From the IMG/VR virus record IMGVR_UViG_3300002026_001699, positions 8,159 through 72,158 of that record: a stretch of DNA of 64,000 bases; one strand, written 5' to 3'. The position numbers and the translations under genes were made by a program. Each line of letters starts with the position of its first letter. Positions within the stretch are counted from its first letter, which is position 1. The notes below the pieces were generated by a model, which was not told the DNA's origin, searched no databases, and saw only the letters and a list, made by a program, of their open reading frames with translations. Source of the stretch: a virus (taxonomy: Duplodnaviria > Caudoviricetes). Below are positions 1 through 8,626 of the stretch, piece by piece.

Positions 1-1
1 A

Positions 2-388
2 AAAGTTTTAACTACACTAGCTGCTGAACTTCCATCCTTAAAAAAAGATCCAGCAATACAAAAACAAATAAATAGTAAAGAGATAGAGGTTAAATCATCT
101 AAACCTAAAGCATATGCTAAATTATTATACTCAGTTTTAGTTAAAAGCAATCAAGAAAAAAGAGTAAAATATATAAATAGATTAAATAGCATATTATTTC
201 AAAATACATTAAAGTTAAATGGACAAGCAATAGAATTTGAAGATCTATTACAAATAATAAAATATATATCTAATCCAACTGCTATGTCAGTATCAGAATC
301 TATAAATGTTTTGTTATATGATTTTTTAGATAGAGAGAATATTTTTAATCAAGCTTTAGAGCTTGGTAAAGAAATGTTTTTAATATAA
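2..388 (+). CDS. 5'-truncated hypothetical protein
   Basis: Open frame from position 2 to TAA 386-388 (KVLTTLAAELPSLKK...GKEMFLI), followed by AGGA and the ATG at 399. Confidence 0.7.
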   Translation, partial: KVLTTLAAELPSLKKDPAIQKQINSKEIEVKSSKPKAYAKLLYSVLVKSNQEKRVKYINRLNSILFQNTLKLNGQAIEFEDLLQIIKYISNPTAMSVSESINVLLYDFLDRENIFNQALELGKEMFLI

Positions 389-398
389 AGGAAAAACA

Positions 399-1079
399 AT
401 GAATTTATTTGAAAAAATTATCCAAGAAATGGCTGAATATAAAGCAGATGATGAATACATAAAACACTCAGATGAATTAGTTGCTAAACAATTAGCAACT
501 AAAAAATATGCTAATGAATATGAAGTTTTAAAATCATCAAGAAAACATCTTAAATTAGATTATAAAACTAAAAAAACACTAGAGAAATCAATATCAGAAT
601 TAAAGATAAAAGATCAAATTGATGTTTATAAGACAATAAATGAATTACTTAAAGTTCATAATAAACAAATGTTTAAGGCTTTAGGTTCTTTATTAGCTGA
701 ATATATAAAAGAATATGAATCAAAAAATAAAAATTATGATGAAGAGTTATATCTTGAATTAAGAGATTCAGAACTTTTAAGTATAGAATCAAAAAAAGAA
801 CTCGATGCAGCTCAAGAAGTAATAATAAGTAGATCACAAAAAGTAAAATCAAAATTATCTGATGATGATGTAAAAACATTATTTCAACAAAAACTTTATA
901 AACTTTTATTTGCTGATCAACAAGGAACATTAGACGGCAAAGTTAGATTAGGCATTATTTTCAAAAAATATCTTGACAAATCAACATCAAGAATGACATT
1001 AATTGATAAATATTTATTACATCGTTTAATTGATCTTATTTATAGCGGACTCACAGAAGAAGAAATAGAAGAAGAATGA
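399..1079 (+). CDS. Hypothetical protein, possible head-packaged protein
   Basis: 226 aa ORF with RBS; N-terminus MNLFEKIIQEMAE resembles other N-termini in the window. Confidence 0.6.
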   Translation: MNLFEKIIQEMAEYKADDEYIKHSDELVAKQLATKKYANEYEVLKSSRKHLKLDYKTKKTLEKSISELKIKDQIDVYKTINELLKVHNKQMFKALGSLLAEYIKEYESKNKNYDEELYLELRDSELLSIESKKELDAAQEVIISRSQKVKSKLSDDDVKTLFQQKLYKLLFADQQGTLDGKVRLGIIFKKYLDKSTSRMTLIDKYLLHRLIDLIYSGLTEEEIEEE

Positions 1080-1774
1080 AAATAAATAATGTATTATCTG
1101 AAAAAGTTTTATATGATGATAAATTAAAATCTATATTATATTCTCTAAAAACAAAATTATTAAATGATAATATTTCTGAAAAAATAAAAACTGAAATAAA
1201 CTTTAATTGGCAAAAAACAAATGAAATAAGATCAATAACACTTGTAACAATTATTGAAAATGTAATATCAAAATATATTGATAATATTAGCATAACAGTA
1301 AATAATCATATTTCTGAATTTGGATATTTTAAAGATCTTGATAATAGTTATGAACTAGGTTTAAACATTTTAGCTTTAGCAAAAGAATCAGGAGTATTAA
1401 AATCCTTGAAATTAAAAGATAAAATTAGTTATATAGATGATTTTTTAATACAATGTATTGATGCAGTTTTACACGAAATGGTTCATTATCTTCAATCTAA
1501 AACAAGACCTAAATTAGTGAAAGTATATTCTAAAAATGATTACTTTAATGATAAAGATGAACTTATGTCTTTTGCCGCAGAGATAACAAGTAATTTAAAA
1601 AGTCAAGGTTATACAAAAAAACAAGCCATGGATATAATTCAAAAAGGTGAAGATGAAGAAGGATTTAAATCAAGTAAGATTTTAAATTTATACAAGAAAA
1701 TGCCTAAAGTTAAAAATTGGAAAACATTCATGAAATATATTTATGGATATTTAGAAAAATGGGATGATTTATGA
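1076..1774 (+). CDS. HEXXH zincin-like metalloprotein
   Basis: DAVLHEMVHYLQ followed by YFNDKDELMSFA (possible third ligand Glu); ATGA-coupled to the upstream gene. Confidence 0.55.
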   Translation: MKINNVLSEKVLYDDKLKSILYSLKTKLLNDNISEKIKTEINFNWQKTNEIRSITLVTIIENVISKYIDNISITVNNHISEFGYFKDLDNSYELGLNILALAKESGVLKSLKLKDKISYIDDFLIQCIDAVLHEMVHYLQSKTRPKLVKVYSKNDYFNDKDELMSFAAEITSNLKSQGYTKKQAMDIIQKGEDEEGFKSSKILNLYKKMPKVKNWKTFMKYIYGYLEKWDDL

Positions 1775-2046
1775 GATGGGAAAAAACATTAGCAACAACC
1801 GCTACATAGAAACCATATTTAGGAAATAATATTATTAAAATAAGTTTTAGTAGATCTACAAGACCAAATAGTTCTTGGGTATTAATTGTAAATGCATGGA
1901 ATATTCCAAGTTATACTTTTAAGATATATGAAAGATTTAATGAAAAGAAATTTTTAGAAACAGCTGGAAAAATAATAATAACACACAATGCCGCAAAGCA
2001 TTGTGTGTTTAATAGGATATTTAATACCCCTTCTAGTAATCTATAA
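1771..2046 (+). pseudogene. Small 91-codon gene interrupted by an in-frame TAG (1807-1809)
   Basis: ATGA overlap with previous stop; the frame stays open after TAG to TAA 2044-2046. Confidence 0.5.
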
Positions 2047-2050
2047 AATA

Positions 2051-3208
2051 TCAAGCTTCTACTAAAACATTGAAACTTCCTACGAAATTAATAAAGTTTC
2101 CATCATTCTCAATTTTACAAGCTACAATTTGGCCCTTCTTTAATTCATATCCTTTTGGACTCTTCCAAGGCCATACATAAATAAATGGTTTAGACTTTGT
2201 TTCGTCACGCAATGTTATACGAGTATAATCTTTTTGTGTTTTTGTTCTTTTGTTTTCTATTCCTTCAACTTTTGCTACAATGAAATAACTGCCAGGCTCT
2301 TCAATCTCATAAACATAATTAACAGTCTTACCTGTACTTGCAGATATTTCTTTTCTTATTTCAACAAAAGATTGCATTTCAGTTAAAGACAAGAGACAAA
2401 ATTCTTCTTCTCTTTCTACAATTAACTTGTATGAATATATATCACCTTTATACGACTTATCCTTTCTAAGAGTTGTAAAGATATAAGAGTGAAGGTCAAA
2501 TCTATCTTGAAAACCTTGTTCAACGAAATCATCAAAAGCACCTGACCATGTCAAAGCATCAATAGCTCTCTTGTTAAGATTAGCCATTTTCTTTCCATTG
2601 TCAGTTACTCTATTGAAAAAGTCATCAATATCTTTAAATGCTCCATTTTTTCTTTCTGCTACTATTTTAAGAATAGCATTATCAGGGAGAGCTTTAATAA
2701 ATGACAAACCCCAAGAAATTGTTTTATCATCAATCAATTCAAAGTTATATCCTGAAGTATTTACATTTGGAGATGTGATATCCATTCCTCTAGCCATAAT
2801 TTCTGTTGCATAAATAGATATCTTTGTCTCACCCTTCTTTTTACTACCCTTATCGGTGTTGTTTAACAAGGCAACATTAAATTCAGGTCTATAATAAGCC
2901 TTGAGCCAATATTCTTGGAATGTCAAGAATGTATAAGAGATAGAGTGACTTTTGTTAAATGCGTAAGTAGAGAAGTTTGACATTAAATCCCACATTTCTT
3001 GAGCTTCCATTTTGCCACCAAGTCCATTTTGATCTAATGGTTTTGAAGCATTCAAGATAAACTTGTCATACAACGGCTTGAGAGATTTAATATAAGTTGG
3101 GTTATCTGAACTTAATTTTCCTAACTTTGTAATAAGTCTTCTTAATTGATTTGTTTCTGCTTTACTAAAAGCGGCAGCAAACTCTGCAATCTGCATCATT
3201 GATAACAA
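2051..3208 (-). CDS. dnaE: DNA polymerase III alpha, fragment 4 (fingers, HhH, OB fold); out of frame with its IntC
   Basis: MMQIAEFAAAFSKAETNQLRR, YAFNKSHSISY, YWLKAYYRPEF, PNVNTS, WGLSFIK; C-terminal OB fold. Confidence 0.9.
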   Translation of the reverse strand: MLSMMQIAEFAAAFSKAETNQLRRLITKLGKLSSDNPTYIKSLKPLYDKFILNASKPLDQNGLGGKMEAQEMWDLMSNFSTYAFNKSHSISYTFLTFQEYWLKAYYRPEFNVALLNNTDKGSKKKGETKISIYATEIMARGMDITSPNVNTSGYNFELIDDKTISWGLSFIKALPDNAILKIVAERKNGAFKDIDDFFNRVTDNGKKMANLNKRAIDALTWSGAFDDFVEQGFQDRFDLHSYIFTTLRKDKSYKGDIYSYKLIVEREEEFCLLSLTEMQSFVEIRKEISASTGKTVNYVYEIEEPGSYFIVAKVEGIENKRTKTQKDYTRITLRDETKSKPFIYVWPWKSPKGYELKKGQIVACKIENDGNFINFVGSFNVLVEA

Positions 3209-3318
3209 TTATGTATTACAATACCATTAGCAATAAAATTATGATTATTATTTACTTCAAGATCATAAACATTTTCAGGTGATACTTCCCTTTTACTAAC
3301 CAATCTAACTGATTGCAT
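3196..3318 (-). CDS. Split intein IntC3 (37 aa) plus extein CYQ; missed by the ORF track
   Basis: Manual translation MQSVRLVSKREVSPENVYDLEVNNNHNFIANGIVIHN-CYQ-stop: intein blocks F/G ending HN with Cys +1. Confidence 0.9.
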   Translation of the reverse strand: MQSVRLVSKREVSPENVYDLEVNNNHNFIANGIVIHNCYQ

Positions 3319-4198
3319 CTTTCAACCTTCCTTTTACATCTTCGATATTATTTTGAATATCATCTTCCCAAAAACGGATTATATTATATCCATTATTTAT
3401 TAAATATGCTTCTTTTTCTATTTCTATTTTTTTATATTCTTGAATATATTGCGACATTTCATTTAATTGATATTTTTTAGGATTAATGTGCCAATAATCC
3501 CCATCTACTTCAATAACCAAATTATTTTCTGGAATATAAAAATCATAAAAATAAAGTTGGTTTTTATTTTTTAATCTAAACTGTTTTATATAATTAACAT
3601 TAAATTCTTTTAATATATTTTCAAAATATTTTTCTAAATTAGATACATATTTTTGTCTATTGTTTTCTTGAATAAGTCTTCCAATTTTAATTTGTTTATC
3701 TTTTATAAAAACGGCATGATCAGAATTATCATGTTTATATAAAAAATGTGTTTGTAATCCAGCATTATTTTTAAATATTTTATTGCATAAAATGCATTTG
3801 AAAATATCATGACATGATGCTTTATGAGCACGTAAAGCAGTATTTGTTTCAAATATTTTATTGCAAACTACACATTTAAAATTACCATATTTTATAATAT
3901 TATCTTTTAATTTACTTTTATTATGATTTTTTTTATGTTCATCAGTCCATACTACCCCTGTAATTCTTTTAGAAACTGCAAGAGAATAACATTCTTTTTT
4001 ACCACAACTTTTTCTATATCCTATAAATGTCCCTTTATTAAAAACAGAATCTAATTTTTTACCACAAAAACATAAAGGGGCTTGATCTATTATTAATAAA
4101 ACTTGATTACATTTTTCCTTGTGTTGTTTTAATTTATTAGATGAAGATGTTTCAAAACCACATATACATTTATACATTTTTCTCCTATCAAGAACCAA
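3305..4198 (-). mobile_element. Free-standing homing endonuclease, Vsr/DUF559-like, with C2H2 zinc fingers
   Basis: YDFYIPENNLVIEVDGDYWH; CxxC...H motifs; lies between IntN3 and IntC3. Confidence 0.8.
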
Positions 4199-4230
4199 TA
4201 TAGTTATCTTATATGTTCTTGATAAATAAA

Positions 4231-4875
4231 TTAAGCAAACTTTGAAAAATCTTCATTTATTACTATTTCATCTTCATCATTAAGATTTTGAGCTTCAATC
4301 CAACCTCTATTATTGGTATAAATTTGATGATCTGGAGTGCATTTTAATATTTGACCACTAGAAAATTCTAATTCAATTAATTTTTTTATTCCATTATCAT
4401 AGTATTTATTAATATTCTGCCATTCAAAATCTAATGTATTTTCATTAAGAGTCAATACTTTAACTTCTAATTTATTATTTACAATTTCTTTGATTTCTAT
4501 TAATCCTTGAGTTGTTAATATTTTAGTATCACCGGTTATACACATAAGTCCGAATGTTGGTTTTAGAATATGATGAATAGATGGAGGGATATCTTTTTCT
4601 GACCACACAACATTATTTTCATCAGCTCTACCATTTCTATCAGAATAAATTTCAGGTATTCCCATTGATAATGTTCCAGGGCGGATAAGAGCAGATATAT
4701 CACAAAGCTCAGAGAAATTATCAGGATCTACTTGCTTACAAACTTTGCTGGCTATAGAACTATTATGTACTATTATATCATTTGCTATGAAATTATTATA
4801 TGGACTTTTCATGGCAATATCATATGTCTCTTCAATATTTAATTGAGTAATGTTTTTTATTCTTTGGTATTTCAT
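4231..4875 (-). CDS. dnaE: DnaE fragment 3: IntC2 (38 aa) + 73-aa extein + IntN3 (103 aa)
   Basis: IIVHN|SSIASK; ALIRPG; ILKPTFGLM|CITGDT; TPDH block B. Confidence 0.9.
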   Translation of the reverse strand: MKYQRIKNITQLNIEETYDIAMKSPYNNFIANDIIVHNSSIASKVCKQVDPDNFSELCDISALIRPGTLSMGIPEIYSDRNGRADENNVVWSEKDIPPSIHHILKPTFGLMCITGDTKILTTQGLIEIKEIVNNKLEVKVLTLNENTLDFEWQNINKYYDNGIKKLIELEFSSGQILKCTPDHQIYTNNRGWIEAQNLNDEDEIVINEDFSKFA

Positions 4876-4930
4876 TTAACTATTGTACTCTCCATCTATA
4901 AGATATATATAACTATGCCAAGGAGTTTAT

Positions 4931-5773
4931 ATGTTATACGAATTTTATAGTAAAACACACAATATATGGATAGATATGTCTAAATGTGGATATGCTTTAA
5001 CCAATCATGTTAGAACAAATCAATATAATAAAAATAAAAAATATTATTTTTATGAAAATGAAGTTATCACAGATAAGACAAAAATAAAATATAAATGTGA
5101 TAAATGTCAAAATATATTTGAATCAAGTTATGCTTCATATAAAAACAGAGAACATAAATTATGTTTAAAATGTATACAAAAAATAAAGAGTAATGACCCT
5201 ATAATTAAAGAAAGAAAAAGACAAGCAGTATTAAAATATGGTCCTGAAACACACAAAAAAAGATCACAATCATTAAAAAATTTAGATACAAATATTAAAC
5301 GTATAAAAGCTTTTCAAAAGACAATGAACAATTTATCAAAAGACCGAAAAGATGAAATAAAAAATAAAAAACAACAAACCTGGTTTAATAAATCTGAAAA
5401 TGAAAGGTTGTTAATAATGGAAAAACAAAGAAATTCTGGGACATTATGGACATCAATAAAAACTAAATTTGGTGAAATAAAATGTCAAGGATATGAAGAT
5501 AGAGCAGTAATTAAACTATTGGAACTTAATGTTGATAAACTGGAACGTGGTCCATCTGTAAAAATGGATAATGGACATTGGCATTATCCAGATTTATATA
5601 CAGAAAAAGATGGAAAAAAAATAATAATTGAAGTTAAATCAAATTATTTATATAAAAAATATAAAGATGATATTTTATATAAAAAATCACAAGGTATAAA
5701 AAATACATCTTGTGATTATTATTTTATTTGGATTTTTGATGATAAACAAGAAGTTGATTGTCAATGGTTATAA
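4931..5773 (+). mobile_element. Free-standing PD-(D/E)xK (TnsA-like) endonuclease, antisense to dnaE
   Basis: GYEDRA...HYPDLY...IIIEVKS; CxxC motifs; lies between IntN2 and IntC2. Confidence 0.7.
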
Positions 5774-6919
5774 TGACAATATTTCATCATTATCACTGAG
5801 ATCTTTTAATTTTTTCCATCCATTTTTTGTTAAAAACTTATGATTTTCAGAACATTTAATTTTTTTTCCATCTTCTAACTCTAGTTCAAAAATCATCTTT
5901 TTACCAGATTTTTTAATAACCAAACAATCATTTTGAATTAATTCTTTTGTTTCTTCATTATACGAAGTTAATTTTTCAGGTAATGAAGAAGTATATAACT
6001 CTTTAATTGTTTTATCACCATTAATTATTGTATCTGGATGTAAGCAATCCATTTGGAATATTCCATAATGATCTCCACCCTTAACAAGATTCTGATAAAT
6101 TGATTGATCCCCTTGCTGACTATTAATAAAGTCTAATGTTAAATCTTTTCCTCTCCTAGTTTTAATTAATTCTAGAGTATCTTGAACTACCTGTAAATTG
6201 TTTAATCCAAGAATATCAAACTTGGCGTATCCTATTTCTGATAATTCATGTCCTGAGTTTCCTTCCATCCATCCTGTAATTATATTTTTTCTTGATTGGA
6301 TGATTGCAATATTATCCATCAAGCTATGAGATGAAATAAGAACACCTGAAGCATGAGAGCCAGCTTGTCTATGTGCTCCTCGCACACCATTAATAAACCA
6401 ACGAATAGGCATTTTATCAGTATCATATTTATTGAGAAATGTTTTTAATGTTGGAACTGCTTCTTCTAATTCTTCTAGAGTTGATGTATCATTAACATCT
6501 TGAGGTATTTTTTTTGTTATAGCAAATACATCAGATGATGGGATATCACAAACACGAGCAACATCTTGAATGGCTGATTTTATTTTAAGCATACCAAATG
6601 TTCCAATGTTAGCAACTCTATCTCTACCATATTTTTCAATAATATGTTCAATTACTTTATCTCTTAATCTGGTTTGAAAGTCAGAGTCAATATCAGGATA
6701 GTCATATCTTTCCAAGTCTAAGAATCTTTCAAAAAGAAGATCATATTTAATTGGATCAACTTCAGTAATATGTAATAGATAATTGATAAGAGAACCAGCT
6801 GATGAATTATGAACTGAATAGTCATTTATAGTATAAGTATGATCAGTTTCAACTTCTAAATCATATACTTTGCCTTTGTAAAAGTATTCATTAACTGATT
6901 TTACTTCAATAAATTCCAT
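5768..6919 (-). CDS. dnaE: DnaE fragment 2 (palm): IntC1 (38 aa) + catalytic core + IntN2 (92 aa)
   Basis: SVHN|SSAGSL; LLFERFL; PDIDSDF; HASGV; KFDILGL; GIFQMD|CLHPDT. Confidence 0.93.
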   Translation of the reverse strand: MEFIEVKSVNEYFYKGKVYDLEVETDHTYTINDYSVHNSSAGSLINYLLHITEVDPIKYDLLFERFLDLERYDYPDIDSDFQTRLRDKVIEHIIEKYGRDRVANIGTFGMLKIKSAIQDVARVCDIPSSDVFAITKKIPQDVNDTSTLEELEEAVPTLKTFLNKYDTDKMPIRWFINGVRGAHRQAGSHASGVLISSHSLMDNIAIIQSRKNIITGWMEGNSGHELSEIGYAKFDILGLNNLQVVQDTLELIKTRRGKDLTLDFINSQQGDQSIYQNLVKGGDHYGIFQMDCLHPDTIINGDKTIKELYTSSLPEKLTSYNEETKELIQNDCLVIKKSGKKMIFELELEDGKKIKCSENHKFLTKNGWKKLKDLSDNDEILSL

Positions 6920-7905
6920 GTATTAATAATCTCCTCTGCTTGAATGTATTTGTCTGTTCTTCTTTTAAACTCTGTAATCTTTCCATGTTGTATCAATATA
7001 TGCTTATTCATCTCTAATAAATATATAATTTGATTTTTTATATCAAATGTGCCAATTTCTGTTAATTCATTTTCTGTTAAGATATTAAAATCATCTAAAT
7101 TATTTTCTTTAATATATTTTATTGCAGCTTCTTCTTTAACTTTAATTTCTTTTGTTGCTTGATAATTTTTCATTATCCAATTACTCTTTATTTCTATAAT
7201 TTTATTATTATAGATAAAATCTGGTCTATATCCTCGTTTTACATTATCTAAAAAATATCTTATTTCGCCTTTAAATCTTTCAAGTTTATTACCTTTTAAA
7301 TCTTGAATAAAGGCATAATACAATTCATATGTTGATTCAAATCTTAAATTACCAGAATATTTAGAATAAAAAACTCCACTTACTCCTTGAAAACCCTTAA
7401 ATTTATCAAGCATCATTTTTCTATATTCTTTATTTTGCCATAATTTTTTAGAAGCTTTACTTATTTTATCACGTTTTTCTTGTGATTTACTGTGTTTAAC
7501 AATTGAATTTCTCCAATTATCAGCCTTATCAGATTGCCAAGCTTTTTTTAATGCTTGAGAGTTTATTTCTCTTTGTCCTAATTTATTTTGTGCTATAAAC
7601 TGTGCCTTAGAGTTTTTATCTCTCCATTCTTTTGAAGAACATGTTGATTTCATTATAACAGATGGATGAATAAGTTTATTTTGAAAATATTTTCTATCTA
7701 TTAAATTAATCAAAATAGTTTCAGTATATAATCTAGATATATCACACTCACCAAAAATTATTTTTTTACTTCTTGGCCAATATTCTAAATATTTATAATA
7801 AACATCTTTTGGTATTTTTTTAATTTTATCTTTATAATATCTAATTACTTCATCTGGACAATCATCTCTAAAAAAATATTCTTTATTACTTACTTTTATA
7901 ATCAT
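6901..7905 (-). mobile_element. Free-standing PD-(D/E)xK (TnsA-like) endonuclease
   Basis: RFESTYEL...YRPDFIYNNKIIEIKS; basic NUMOD-like helical repeats; lies between IntN1 and IntC1. Confidence 0.75.
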
Positions 7906-7935
7906 AGCGTAATACCTCTTCCTGGTATTATCTTA

Positions 7936-8625
7936 CTAATTTGATGCAAGTTTTAATGGCTTATTACCAATTATTTCAAATAATTTTTGTAAAAAACTTT
8001 TTTTGCTTGGTGTTTTAATTTCTTGTTTTGCATCATCTCCAAAATTAGTTTGTTGGGTTTTTATAGTAGTCCCTGTATTATTACTAATTACTTGATTTCC
8101 ATTACCTATTTGATTTCCATTACCAATGATAGCATTACTCATAATTATCTCCATATTTGATTCGATAATACCATTCAAAAGTTTTTTACCTGTTGTAGTC
8201 AAAGGTTCAATTTTAACTTTTTGATCAGACATAAAGATGCCAACATCATCAAACGTTTTGATAGTAAAAGCATTTTTATTTAAATAGCCCCTATCAATAA
8301 AATCTTTTACTAAGTGTCCATTAAAATGAACATTACTTATTCCATTACCAGTTGTATCATTACTTTGATTGTATCGTATTTGAAATAAAAACTTAATATC
8401 TTCTTTATATATTAAAAGCTTTTCTCCTTTTTCTGTTAATGGGTGTTTTTTAATAAGCATCCCTATACTTCCATCTGTAAACCATTGTATTTTAAAACAT
8501 TCTTCTTTTAAAAATCCTTTAGATATTAAATCTTCAACTATAGATATATCACTTTCATCTATAAAATTATTCAATTTTATAGCATTAATTTTTTCTAAAA
8601 AATTAATTTTTTCTAATCCATTCAT
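7936..8625 (-). CDS. Passenger gene inside the dnaE break: two winged-helix-like repeats plus G/N/Q-rich motif
   Basis: Repeated (D/K)LI.KGFL...PLT..G.KLL unit; IIGNGNQIGNGNQVI. Confidence 0.5.
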   Translation of the reverse strand: MNGLEKINFLEKINAIKLNNFIDESDISIVEDLISKGFLKEECFKIQWFTDGSIGMLIKKHPLTEKGEKLLIYKEDIKFLFQIRYNQSNDTTGNGISNVHFNGHLVKDFIDRGYLNKNAFTIKTFDDVGIFMSDQKVKIEPLTTTGKKLLNGIIESNMEIIMSNAIIGNGNQIGNGNQVISNNTGTTIKTQQTNFGDDAKQEIKTPSKKSFLQKLFEIIGNKPLKLASN

Positions 8626-8626
8626 A

